In this document: positions 1 through 8,381 of the stretch, one piece after another
Layout: every line of letters begins with the position of its first letter
Position numbering within the stretch: the first letter of the stretch is position 1
Assembly (NCBI GenBank): GCA_035288565.1
Contig: DATDZZ010000052.1
Span: forward strand, 1 to 57,616
DNA: 57,616 nucleotides
DNA from: an archaeon
Lineage (GTDB): Archaea > Iainarchaeota > Iainarchaeia > Iainarchaeales > DATDZZ01
Direction: 5' to 3'
Notes under the pieces: generated by a model
Told to the model about the DNA's origin: nothing
What the model saw: only the letters and a program-made list of their open reading frames with translations
Database searches by the model: none
Translations under genes and position numbers: made by a program

Positions 1-549
1 TTTTTTTTAATTAAAGCTAAAGAAAAAAAAATTATTCAGGATAAAGGAATAAGGGCTTTTGTTTTGGAGAAAATTCTTGAAAGTTCTTTGGAGAAAGGCT
101 CAGCAATTAATCTTCCTGACGGCAAAACAGTGGAGGTAAGATTGCAGGGAAAGAAAAAAAGCATTGAAAACTTCATTGAAAATCTTAAAAAAGAATTAAT
201 TCAAAAGCTTGGAAATCCAACAGTTTTATTTTCTGAGTTCCATGAAAACGAATTAGAGATTCCTTCTTTAGTGAGATCGTCTCAGGCATTAGTTGTTGGG
301 CAATTAAGCAAAGGAATTCAAGTTAATTTACAAATCTTAAATTCATTTGATAAATTCAATAAAAAATTAAATAAATTAGATGAATTGGATAAATTAAAGG
401 GACTCAACAAGTTGAATAAGTTGAATAAGTTGAGTAAGTTGGATAAACTGGATGAGTTGAGTAAGTTGGATGATTTGGGGTTTAAAGTTGATGCTCTTCC
501 TAAAAAGATTGCTGAAGAATTAAAGAAAGTTCTTTCAAGCAGTAATTAA
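1..549 (+). CDS. hypothetical protein, probably 5'-partial, with a C-terminal x-Leu-x tripeptide repeat
   Basis: ORF track 64..549 starts at TTG. The same frame has no stop back to nt 1, so the gene may begin upstream of the window. No family recognised. Confidence 0.4.
   Translation, partial: FFLIKAKEKKIIQDKGIRAFVLEKILESSLEKGSAINLPDGKTVEVRLQGKKKSIENFIENLKKELIQKLGNPTVLFSEFHENELEIPSLVRSSQALVVGQLSKGIQVNLQILNSFDKFNKKLNKLDELDKLKGLNKLNKLNKLSKLDKLDELSKLDDLGFKVDALPKKIAEELKKVLSSSN
352..477 (+). repeat. in-frame 9-bp tandem repeat (about 13 units) encoding (K/E/D/G)-L-(N/D/K/S)
   Basis: DNA reads aataagttg aataagttg agtaagttg gataaactg gatgagttg agtaagttg gatgatttg. The protein reads KLNKLDELDKLKGLNKLNKLNKLSKLDKLDELSKLDDL. 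Confidence 0.8.
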
Positions 550-561
550 TTTTTTTTTCTT

Positions 562-888
562 TTATTCTCTTTCATTGAATAACTCATTATTGAAATCGTG
601 CTCTGAAAGTTTTCTGCTTGCTCTTTCAAAATCTTTCGGGCATGAATTGCATGCATCTTGTAATTCGTAAACAAACATTTTGTTTTTTTTGCACTGCATT
701 ATTTCTTCTTCGCTTTTATCCAGGCTTCTGAACCAGTCATATTTTTGGTTAAAGAATTTCACTAAAATTTTTAATTTTTTTTGGACTTCTGCCTTGTTGC
801 TTTCGCTTTTATCCGGCTGAAAGCTTTCATAGGTCTTGCACATATTGCATGATTTCTTAATTACCTTTAATTCGTTTTCTAAAATCAT
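562..888 (-). CDS. hypothetical small Cys-containing protein (CxxC ... C ... CxxC)
   Basis: 108-aa ORF with CNMC and CNSC pairs. No family recognised. Confidence 0.4.
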   Translation of the reverse strand: MILENELKVIKKSCNMCKTYESFQPDKSESNKAEVQKKLKILVKFFNQKYDWFRSLDKSEEEIMQCKKNKMFVYELQDACNSCPKDFERASRKLSEHDFNNELFNERE

Positions 889-1001
889 GTAAGAATAGTG
901 TTTCGGAAAAATAAAAAGCTATCTTTTAAGGAATTTAAATAGAAAGCAATAAAAAATTAGAAAAATAAAAAAGAATTAAAAAATAAAGAAAAGAAAAAGT
1001 T

Positions 1002-1102
1002 ATTCGGCTTTAAGCCGAATGTTTTCGTCAACCTTTTTCTAAAAGGTTGTTGTCCTGTTGCAAACAGGAGGGTTTTCGCCAACCTTTTTCTAAAAGGTTG
1101 TT
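1002..1102 (+). repeat. four consecutive perfect hairpins, including two copies of a 31-nt direct repeat (1021-1051, 1072-1102)
   Basis: attcggct/agccgaat (8 bp); caacctttt-tct-aaaaggttg (9 bp, twice); tcctgtt/aacagga (7 bp). The direct repeat gttttcg(t/c)caacctttttctaaaaggttgtt has one mismatch and a 51-nt period. The second copy overlaps the tfb stop codon. Confidence 0.8.
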
Positions 1103-2009
1103 AAGCTGCTACATCGATTTTCAGTCTTTTCTTTAACTCTCTGTACCTGTTCCGGATTGTTACTTCTGTTACGCCTGCAACATTGGCAACTTCTTTTTGA
1201 GTTCTTCTTTCTCCTTTCAAGAGTCCGGCAATGTATACTGCTGCCGCTGCTACTCCTGTTGGCCCTCTTCCGGAAATTAATCCATTGCCTATTGCTTCCT
1301 CTAAAATTTTTCTTCCTTCTTCTTGAACTTCTCCGCTCAAATTTAATTCAGAAGCAAATCTTGGAATGTAGTGGATTGGATTGGTTAAAGGGATTGATAA
1401 TTTTAATTCCCTTACAAGAAATCTGTAAGTTCTTCCAATTTCTTTTTTAGTCAATCCAGAAGCTTCAGCCATTTCATTCAGTGTTCTTGGAACATTGTAT
1501 GTTCTGCACACAGTGTAAAGTACAGCTGCTACGACTGCTTCAATTAATCTTCCTCTGATTAATCCTTTCTTTACAGTTTTTCTGTAAAGCAATGCTGCTG
1601 CTTCAATTAATTCTTCTGGAATATTTAAGTAAGAAGCAACCCTTCTTAATTCAGTTAAAGCTATTGATAAATTTCTCTGCATTGAGCTTGAAATTGAAGC
1701 CCTTTTATGCCATTTAATTAATCTGTACATTTGAGCTCTGCTTTTGCTTGACAGCTTGTTTCCCCTTAAATCAGTTCCTCTTCTGTCAATCATTGTCACT
1801 AAACCTTTATTCAGTTTAACGTATTTCATGGGGCTTCCTGTTCTTGCTCTTTCCTCAAACTGAGAAGAGTCAAAGGATCTCCATTCTTTTCCCACGTCAA
1901 TCATTTCATCCGAAATTACTTCTCCGCACTTCTGGCACACTAATTCCCCTCTTTCCTGATCGTGCTGAAATTTTTCACTATTGCATACAGGGCATTTTGT
2001 TTCGCTCAT
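1101..2009 (-). CDS. tfb: transcription initiation factor IIB (TFB)
   Basis: N-terminal Zn ribbon CPVC...CQKC followed by two cyclin-fold repeats. The ATG at 2009 is preceded by AAAGGTGGT (SD). The ORF track start at 2054 is probably an upstream extension. Confidence 0.93.
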   Translation of the reverse strand: MSETKCPVCNSEKFQHDQERGELVCQKCGEVISDEMIDVGKEWRSFDSSQFEERARTGSPMKYVKLNKGLVTMIDRRGTDLRGNKLSSKSRAQMYRLIKWHKRASISSSMQRNLSIALTELRRVASYLNIPEELIEAAALLYRKTVKKGLIRGRLIEAVVAAVLYTVCRTYNVPRTLNEMAEASGLTKKEIGRTYRFLVRELKLSIPLTNPIHYIPRFASELNLSGEVQEEGRKILEEAIGNGLISGRGPTGVAAAAVYIAGLLKGERRTQKEVANVAGVTEVTIRNRYRELKKRLKIDVAA

Positions 2010-2042
2010 TCGCTTACCACCTTTGTTTTTTGCTGCTAACGC

Positions 2043-2051
2043 TAAAATATA
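2043..2051 (-). promoter_or_regulatory. candidate TATA box for tfb
   Basis: TATATTTTA on the minus strand, about 36 nt upstream of the 2009 ATG. This spacing fits an archaeal TATA plus a short SD-containing leader. Confidence 0.3.
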
Positions 2052-2195
2052 CAAGAATCAATTAAATTTCCCGGAATTAAAAAAAGAGCAAAAATCATTA
2101 GCAACTAATATATAAGCTCCCAGTGTTCTTTATAAATGTTTTGTTAAAATTAGTTGTTTTAATTAAAAAATCAAAAAAAATTGGAAGAAATTTAA

Positions 2196-2618
2196 TTATT
2201 TTTGAACCTTTTCTTCCACTAATATTGCTGAAACGGTTCCTGACTGCCCTGGCCTGCTTGTAACTCTTGCATTTTTTAAGGATTCTCCGTCTTTAACCTG
2301 GATTAAGGCTCCTTTAGTGATGATGTTTCTTCTTACATATAGCCTGTCTGCATTGTTTTCTTTCACGCTTGTAATCTGCATTTTCTTGGTTTTTTTGTGG
2401 CTTAAATCGGTTACGGAAGCGAATTTAGCTTTTTTAGCCTTTAATTTAATGTTGTGGCCTCTTCCTCTTTTTTTGTCTTTTCTTTCTTCATTTCCTGTTT
2501 CCAGCTGTGTTAAGGCAGGGTCTCCGCCTTTCCAGGCAAGCCTTTTATCTGACCTGTTTACTGTGTGGCTTTTCCCGCCGGAAATTTTTTTCTTTGATTT
2601 TAAATGCCATTGAGTCAA
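2196..2618 (-). CDS. rps8e: 30S ribosomal protein S8e
   Basis: N-terminus WHLKSKKKISGGK and basic composition typical of S8e. TTG start preceded by AAGGTGATT. Confidence 0.9.
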   Translation of the reverse strand: MTQWHLKSKKKISGGKSHTVNRSDKRLAWKGGDPALTQLETGNEERKDKKRGRGHNIKLKAKKAKFASVTDLSHKKTKKMQITSVKENNADRLYVRRNIITKGALIQVKDGESLKNARVTSRPGQSGTVSAILVEEKVQK

Positions 2619-2660
2619 AAAATCACCTTAATTTTTAACAGTTAATATCTTTATTTTAAT

Positions 2661-3188
2661 ATGAAATTAAAAAAAATTAATAAATATTACTTGGGAATGG
2701 GTTTTTTTTCCTCTAATAAGTATATTAAAAGTGCAGGTATTAAAAACTTATTAGCCTTTTTAGAGAAAAAAGCTGTTTTCAGCCAGGTTTTTGACTTGAA
2801 TGCAGTAATTTCAGAGAATCAAATTCTTTTAGCTGGTATTCAGACTTTAAGGGTTTTAAATGAAAAGGAATCGAAATCTAAAAATGCTGGAATGGATTTT
2901 TTAATGAAGCTTTTCGCTAAAAAGCAAATAAAGGACATTCCAAAAGAAGCATTCATTGCTGATTCAACTAAGAAACTTGGAGTAATTTTTTGCTGTGAAA
3001 ATGAAAATGACTTGAAGAAAAAATTCAGTGATTTAAGTAAGGAATTCAAGTTAAAAGGAGCATTTTTTTCTCCTGAAAATCTTTTAGAAAAAGTTTTTTT
3101 TTATTTCAATGAATCTGATTTAATTAATTTTAAATTAAATAATGCATTGATTGAGAATTTTGTTTTGGAGAAAATGGCTTTAAATTAA
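2661..3188 (+). CDS. cgi121: KEOPS complex subunit Cgi121-like
   Basis: By-eye alignment to archaeal Cgi121: the segment NAVISENQILLAGIQTL...AGMDFLMKLFAKKQIKD...GVIFCCENEN and the C-terminal VLEKMAL match the pattern of the M. jannaschii protein as I recall it. Confidence 0.55.
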   Translation: MKLKKINKYYLGMGFFSSNKYIKSAGIKNLLAFLEKKAVFSQVFDLNAVISENQILLAGIQTLRVLNEKESKSKNAGMDFLMKLFAKKQIKDIPKEAFIADSTKKLGVIFCCENENDLKKKFSDLSKEFKLKGAFFSPENLLEKVFFYFNESDLINFKLNNALIENFVLEKMALN

Positions 3189-3203
3189 TTTTAAAATGCT
3201 TTT

Positions 3204-4613
3204 ATGCTGTTGTTTTTTATGCAGAAAAAAATTGTTTCAGTTTCTTTGTTTTTCATTTTTTTGCTGGCTTTGCTTATCAGATTGAATCCTTTTTTTGTTG
3301 GAACTTTGGTTGACCCTGACGGCTACTTTCATGTGAGGAACAGCGAGCTTGCCTTGAATGCAAAAGGAGTTCCGGAATTTGATTTGCTGAGCCAGGGAGG
3401 AAGGGCTTATTCTTATGCTCCGGTTTTTCATTTCAATTTTGCTTTGCTTCACTTGGTTTCAGGGCTGTCAATTGAATTTCTTGTTAATGTGTTTCCTGCA
3501 TTTTATGGTGCGTTAACTATTTTTGTTGTATTTATTTTTGCCAGAAAACTTTTTGATGAAAAAACTGCTTTGTTTTCTGCTTTTTCTTTAAGCGTAATGG
3601 TTTTTCATTTTCTTAGGACCGGCTCGAATGCAAGGCCTGATGGGTTGAGCATGCTTTTCATTCCGGTGATTCTTTATCTTGTTTATGTTAAAAGGTTCAG
3701 GGTTGCTGCTTTGCTTTCTGCTTTTCAGTTTCTTTTGCATCCGCTTTCCGGTTTAACAATGCTTGGAGTTCTAGTGCTGTGGATTGCTGTTGCTGGATTT
3801 AAGAAAATGGATTTTGATTTCAAAGCGGTTATTGGAATTATTTTGGTTTCATTGATTGTCTGGTTTATCTGGATTTTTTCTCTGCCTTTTCATTTCACTC
3901 AGTATGTTTCAAAGGTTTCTCTTGAATCGGCTGAGACAGCTAAACTGCTTTTTGTTTCAGTTTTTACTTTTTTTTCTTTCAGCTGGATTTTTGCTTTAAT
4001 TGGCTTATTTAAATCAAAGAAAAATTTTTTTTTGCTTTCATGGATTTTTTTATCTTTCGTTATTGGAATGTGGGCTTTAAGGCTTGCTTTTTACATGACT
4101 GTTCCGATTGCTTTAATTTCCGGTGCAGGGCTTTTTTTTGCTTTAAATAAAATCAAGCCTTATAGAAAAGTTTTTTTTCTGCTTGTTTTTGCTCTTGCCT
4201 TGATTTCTGTAATTCCGTCTTTGTTTGGGCAGGAAAAATATGTTTCGGATTCCGAAAAGAATGCAATGCTTTTCTTGAAAGAAAACTCTGATTTGGATTC
4301 ATTGATTTTCAGCAGATGGGATAGAGGGCATCCGCTTGCTTTTTTTGCTCAGAGAAAGGTTTTGATTGACGGCTACTTTGAGTTTGCGGAAAATTTGGAT
4401 GAAAAGAATAATGCAATGAAGGAAATTATTGTTACTTCTAACTGCAGTAAAATTGAAAGAATTAGAAATGAATTTATTTTTGATTATTTTTTTGTCAATA
4501 AAAATGCTTTAATTGATTCCGCGTACATTAATGGAATTCTTGATTCAAAGCACTGCAGTAATTTTAATTTGATTTATTCAGGCAATGGAGGGAAAATTTT
4601 CAGTTTCCCTTAA
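3204..4613 (+). CDS. GT-C fold membrane glycosyltransferase, short STT3/AglB-like
   Basis: About 11-13 predicted TM helices. DPDGYFH motif in the first loop (STT3 DxD-like) and RWDRGH near the C-terminus (a degenerate WWDYG?). Much shorter than canonical AglB. Confidence 0.55.
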   Translation: MLLFFMQKKIVSVSLFFIFLLALLIRLNPFFVGTLVDPDGYFHVRNSELALNAKGVPEFDLLSQGGRAYSYAPVFHFNFALLHLVSGLSIEFLVNVFPAFYGALTIFVVFIFARKLFDEKTALFSAFSLSVMVFHFLRTGSNARPDGLSMLFIPVILYLVYVKRFRVAALLSAFQFLLHPLSGLTMLGVLVLWIAVAGFKKMDFDFKAVIGIILVSLIVWFIWIFSLPFHFTQYVSKVSLESAETAKLLFVSVFTFFSFSWIFALIGLFKSKKNFFLLSWIFLSFVIGMWALRLAFYMTVPIALISGAGLFFALNKIKPYRKVFFLLVFALALISVIPSLFGQEKYVSDSEKNAMLFLKENSDLDSLIFSRWDRGHPLAFFAQRKVLIDGYFEFAENLDEKNNAMKEIIVTSNCSKIERIRNEFIFDYFFVNKNALIDSAYINGILDSKHCSNFNLIYSGNGGKIFSFP

Positions 4614-4798
4614 CCTGAATTTTGAATGTTCTGCCTGATTGTGTCAAGCTGGCTGTTGATTATTTCTTGTCCGCCTTGAACTGTATTTGATCCGGAGCTT
4701 GAACTTATGGCAAGGATTGATATTCCTACTGCTGCAATCAGAATTGCTCCTCCTAAAATTAAAAGGTATTCAAGAGCTCCTTGTCCTTTTTCATCCAT
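4610..4798 (-). CDS. class III signal peptide protein (archaeal type IV pilin-like)
   Basis: N-terminus MDEKGQGALEYLLILGGAILIA is a prepilin peptidase site (KGQ/G) plus a hydrophobic helix. AGGAGAG SD lies upstream. Confidence 0.7.
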   Translation of the reverse strand: MDEKGQGALEYLLILGGAILIAAVGISILAISSSSGSNTVQGGQEIINSQLDTIRQNIQNSG

Positions 4799-4891
4799 GT
4801 ATTTTCTCTCCTTTTTGATTGAAATTTTTTTATTATAAATTACTGTAATTAGGAGGTAAATTAATTTAAAGGTATTTAATTTATTAGCTTT

Positions 4892-7159
4892 TTAACTTTC
4901 TTCTTCTTTGTATTCTGAGTCAAGCACTTTTCTTATCTGCTTGGCTTTTTTTGGCCCTAAATTTTCTATTTCTTGGAGGTCTTTTTCGCTTGCATCCACT
5001 ATGCCTTTAATTGAGCCGAAGTTTTTCAGCAAATTTTTTGCTAAATTTGGCCCTATTAATGGAAGGCCTTCTACAATGAATCTCTGCTGTTCGCTTAAGC
5101 TTAATCCTTTTCTTCCAATTCTGATTCTGATGTCTTTTTCTTTTCCTAACTGCTCTCTTTTTGCTATTACGTAAATGAATTCAGCTGTTTCTTCTACATT
5201 TTTAGTGAAAAGAATGGGAATCCTGTAATTTAATGCAATCGAAGTCAGTGCTCCGATTATTGCGTTTTTATGAATGTTTCTAAGTGAATAGATTTCCTGC
5301 ATTTCTCCTTCAACCAGTAATAATGGCTGGTCGAAGTTTGCTGCCATTCTTTGAAGCTGGTTAAAGAGCCTTCCGTCAATCATTGAGCTGAGAAAGTCTT
5401 CAATTGTTTTTCTTTCAACTGCAATTGAATCGCTTAAAATGAAGTCCCCGACTTCCAGTTGCTTTACTTGAATCAAAGCTTCTTTTTCGCTTAAAAGCTT
5501 TACAATATTTGAGCTCTGCTCTCTTGTGTCAACATAAATTAAAATTTTTTTTTCGTTTTCGTTTCCGTACTTGAATAATGTTGTCTGTTTCGGCAGCGCT
5601 AAATCATTATTTTTTTTGATTTTGCTTAAAGTTGATTTCATTTTTTTTTCTTTTGCTATTGAAGCCCAGTAAAATCCTTCATCCATTGTTTCTTTTGCAA
5701 TTAAAATTATTACTTTTCCTTTTTCAAATCTTCCTGTTCTGCCAGTTCTTTGAATTGATCTTATTTCGCTTGGAACAGGCTCAAAGAAAACAACTAAATC
5801 TACTTGAGGAATATCAAGTCCTTCTTCTGCAACAGAACTGCACAGCAAGGCATTGAATTTTCCTTCCTTGAATTCATTTATTCTCTGTATTTGCTCTTTT
5901 TGAGTCATTCCCTTGTTTTTGTCTTTTGTTGCCTGTCCAATAAATTTTGCTGCTCTTATTTCTTTAAATTCCGATAAAAATTTTTCTAAGTTTGTTATTG
6001 AATCCCTGTAGTGGTTGAATACAAGCACTTTTGATTCTGGGTTTAATGAAAACCGGTTTACCAGTATTTCTGCTAGTTTTGTCATTTTTGGATGCAGTAT
6101 TTTTTTTTCAAAGCTTTGTTTTGTGAGGTTGAATGCAAATTCAATGTCTTCGTTTTGAAACAGCATCTTTAATGCCTTTGTTGCCCCGCTTTGCTTTGAT
6201 TTTTCCTTCATTCTTTCAAAGTATTCGTGCAATGCTTCTATTCCTTGTGTTTCAATTAATATTTTTGCATGGCTTACCTTAAGCAGGGCGGCAATCTTTG
6301 AAACAGCAGTGTATAAACTTGGATTTTTTTTTGCGTTTGCAATTAAATCTTTTCTTATGTGGCTCTGCAGCAATAGAAGGTCTTTTTTCTTGTAATAATT
6401 TAAGTTAATTCCTCTGCCGTAGCCGAGTTTTTTCAGAAATTCTATTTGCTCTTTAATGAATTTATCTAAATGATTTTTTATTTCTATGAATTCTTTTGGG
6501 AGCTGAACTTTAACCCAGTCAATTTCAATTTCCTTAATGTATGGCTTTACGTCTTCGTCTTCCCTTGTTTTTATTTCAATGTTTTTAATGAATAAGTTTC
6601 TGCATACATCATTTATTTTTTCTTCTTCTGAGCCGGGAGAGGCAGTTAATCCGAGAATTAATCCGTTGGGGTTTTCTTTAATGAATTTTTTTGCAATGAA
6701 TACATAAGAGTAATCTCCTGTTGCTTTATGCGCTTCATCGAAAATAATTAGAGATGTTTCATTTAATTTTAATTTATTTGATAGAAGCTCGCTTTCAATT
6801 GTCTGCGGAGTGGCTGAAACTATTGAGCTTTTGTTCCATAATTCGTTTCTTTTTTCGGATGCAATTGTTCCAGTCAATAAATTTATTTTTTCTTCATCTA
6901 TTTTGAAGAATTTTTTGAATGATTCATGGTGCTGTGCTGCTAAAGGTTTTGTTGGAGAAAGAAAAAGAATTTTTTGGTTTTCATTTTCTTTTAGCTTGAA
7001 AGCTGAAACCAGTGCTGCAATCGCTGTTTTTCCTAAAGCAGTTGGAGCTACTATTAATGTATTTCCGTTTTCAATTGTTCTTGCTGCAAGCACTTCTTGA
7101 TACAGTCTTTTTTCTATTACGTTTTCTTTCAAAAAAGGGTGGGAAATAAATTGATGCAT
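4892..7159 (-). CDS. hef: Hef-type helicase/nuclease (SF2 helicase + ERCC4 nuclease + HhH2)
   Basis: Walker A PTALGKT, DEAH-like FDEAH, motif VI QRTGRTGR. ERCC4 signature VERKT..DF, then a C-terminal helix-hairpin-helix. Confidence 0.9.
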   Translation of the reverse strand: MHQFISHPFLKENVIEKRLYQEVLAARTIENGNTLIVAPTALGKTAIAALVSAFKLKENENQKILFLSPTKPLAAQHHESFKKFFKIDEEKINLLTGTIASEKRNELWNKSSIVSATPQTIESELLSNKLKLNETSLIIFDEAHKATGDYSYVFIAKKFIKENPNGLILGLTASPGSEEEKINDVCRNLFIKNIEIKTREDEDVKPYIKEIEIDWVKVQLPKEFIEIKNHLDKFIKEQIEFLKKLGYGRGINLNYYKKKDLLLLQSHIRKDLIANAKKNPSLYTAVSKIAALLKVSHAKILIETQGIEALHEYFERMKEKSKQSGATKALKMLFQNEDIEFAFNLTKQSFEKKILHPKMTKLAEILVNRFSLNPESKVLVFNHYRDSITNLEKFLSEFKEIRAAKFIGQATKDKNKGMTQKEQIQRINEFKEGKFNALLCSSVAEEGLDIPQVDLVVFFEPVPSEIRSIQRTGRTGRFEKGKVIILIAKETMDEGFYWASIAKEKKMKSTLSKIKKNNDLALPKQTTLFKYGNENEKKILIYVDTREQSSNIVKLLSEKEALIQVKQLEVGDFILSDSIAVERKTIEDFLSSMIDGRLFNQLQRMAANFDQPLLLVEGEMQEIYSLRNIHKNAIIGALTSIALNYRIPILFTKNVEETAEFIYVIAKREQLGKEKDIRIRIGRKGLSLSEQQRFIVEGLPLIGPNLAKNLLKNFGSIKGIVDASEKDLQEIENLGPKKAKQIRKVLDSEYKEEES

Positions 7160-7266
7160 AAATTTACCTGAATTTATTGCTTTTAAAACAATTCGGGGGC
7201 AGATTTCCCCTTATTTTTGCTTATTAAATTGAGTTCAGACATAAATTTAAATTAAGAACTTAGTTC

Positions 7267-7274
7267 TATAAAAT
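7267..7274 (+). promoter_or_regulatory. candidate TATA box for the histone gene
   Basis: TATAAAAT ends 34 nt before the ATG at 7308, with no SD. This is consistent with a leaderless or short-leader mRNA. Confidence 0.35.
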
Positions 7275-7307
7275 TTGGGTTCATTTTGATGAATTTTGAG
7301 TGTTTTT

Positions 7308-7526
7308 ATGAGTGAGATTCCTTTGGCGGCAGTTTTAAGGCTGATTAAGAAAGCTGATCCTTCTTTCAGGGTTTCAGAGGATGCTGGAAAAGAGCTCAGA
7401 GAATGGCTTGAAGGCATTTCAAAAGAAGTTTCTCTGAATGCAAGGGATTTTGCAGGCCATGCAAACAGGAAAACGATTAATGCTTTGGATGTAAGGCTTG
7501 CTTTAAAGGACAAAAAACTGCGTTAA
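7308..7526 (+). CDS. archaeal histone (HMfA/B family)
   Basis: MSEIPLAAVLRLIKKA...RVSEDA...A...A.HA.RKT resembles the HMfB histone fold. The ORF track start at 7296 is a TTG four codons upstream. Confidence 0.9.
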   Translation: MSEIPLAAVLRLIKKADPSFRVSEDAGKELREWLEGISKEVSLNARDFAGHANRKTINALDVRLALKDKKLR

Positions 7527-7571
7527 TTTGATTATTTTTTTTAGTGAATGAATTTTTTTTTGAGTGAATGA

Positions 7572-8381
7572 ATGAGCAATGAAAATTTATTGGATAAAAG
7601 GACTCAGGATTTGCTTAAGAAATTGGAATCAAAATCAAGGCATAAAAAAGAGGTTCCGCTTGAGTTTTTGAAGAAGAAAGTGGCTTTGTATGTTAAAGCC
7701 GGCTACCTTGATTCAGAGGTTGTTGAAAAATTAAAGGACTATGATTTAAGCGAATATGAGATGGAGAAAGAGCTTCATAGAATGAGGACGGAAAAGAAAG
7801 CCAGAAAAATCAGGATTAGATTGAATCCTTTTTTTATCCTTGCCTTAGCAGTAATAATTGTGCTGAGTTTTTTTGCAGGAAGCTTTTTTTATGGCACGCA
7901 ATACTCTACAAATGTCTGTTCAACCAGCTCATTTGTTGTTTCAGTTGAAGGGGACTTGGATTTCAGAGTAAGGGTCCAGGATGCGTTCAATTTTCTTCAG
8001 GGAAAGGATTGCGCGAATTTTCTTTTAATCAGCGATAACATTAAATTAATTAAATTTGGTTCAAGGCAGAATTTCACTGTTGACGAGAATGAATTCGTTT
8101 TTACTTCAAGCAGGGATGCTTTAACCAGGCACCAAATAATCGGGGAAACCGTTTCGGCTTCGTGTTTAATTAAAGCAATGAAGGAAGAAAAAGAAATTGA
8201 CCTCACTCAAAATTCTTTATGCTATTCAAGAGGAGTTAAAGCAATGCTTAACACTGAAACGCCTTCTTATGAATTAACTTTCTTTATTGAAAAAAATCCA
8301 AAAGAATTTTTTTATGACATTAGCAAGGCAGTTTCAGATTACTTGGAAGAACAACATGTAAACGGAAATCCATTAAATTAA
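7572..8381 (+). CDS. hypothetical single-pass membrane protein with a Cys-containing extracytoplasmic domain
   Basis: One TM (FFILALAVIIVLSFFAGSFFY) after a charged N-terminal region. No family recognised. Confidence 0.5.
   Translation: MSNENLLDKRTQDLLKKLESKSRHKKEVPLEFLKKKVALYVKAGYLDSEVVEKLKDYDLSEYEMEKELHRMRTEKKARKIRIRLNPFFILALAVIIVLSFFAGSFFYGTQYSTNVCSTSSFVVSVEGDLDFRVRVQDAFNFLQGKDCANFLLISDNIKLIKFGSRQNFTVDENEFVFTSSRDALTRHQIIGETVSASCLIKAMKEEKEIDLTQNSLCYSRGVKAMLNTETPSYELTFFIEKNPKEFFYDISKAVSDYLEEQHVNGNPLN

Noticed and set aside
1021-1102. Possible mini-CRISPR array (31-nt repeats starting GTTTT with a palindromic core)
   Set aside because: There are only two repeats, separated by a 20-nt spacer that is itself a perfect hairpin. 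The related copies in the tRNA cluster have 16-30 nt spacing. No cas genes or leader are present in the window. The spacing and context fit a REP/terminator-like palindrome family better.
1157-2065. Plus-strand ORFs 1157..1450 and 1844..2065, antisense to tfb
   Set aside because: They are Leu/Phe-rich low-complexity translations lying entirely inside a gene with an unambiguous TFB signature on the other strand. They are typical shadow ORFs. The same reasoning rejects 2317..2613, 2840..3049, 3237..3452, 4908..5174, 5632..5856, 6810..7100, 7247..7513, 7997..8206, the 8410-8881 set, the 9601-10467 set, 11065..11280, 11991..12212, 14780..15037, 15097..15324, 15805..16029, 16051..16236, 17732..18007, 20059..20480, 21027..21299, 21640..21918, 23131..23466, 23662..24090, 24341..24673, 25308..25493, 25827..26084, 28014..28241, 28782..29042, 29783..30720, 32718..32960, 33216..33506, 36007..36321, 36446..36684, 37547..37741, 39454..39636, 41378..41758, 42968..43329, 45092..45421, 45721..45903, 46015..46200, 46609..46860, 47751..48488, 52258..52458, 52595..52813, 53982..54179, 54462..54740 and 56126..56338.
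7527-7575. Direct repeat tttttttt(a/g)agtgaatgaat (twice), with similar gtgaatgaat strings at 16650-16665 and 17625-17680, as a repeat element
   Set aside because: These are best explained as Shine-Dalgarno-like GGTGA/AGTGA motifs followed by ATGA start/stop contexts in AT-rich intergenic DNA, not as a mobile or structured repeat.
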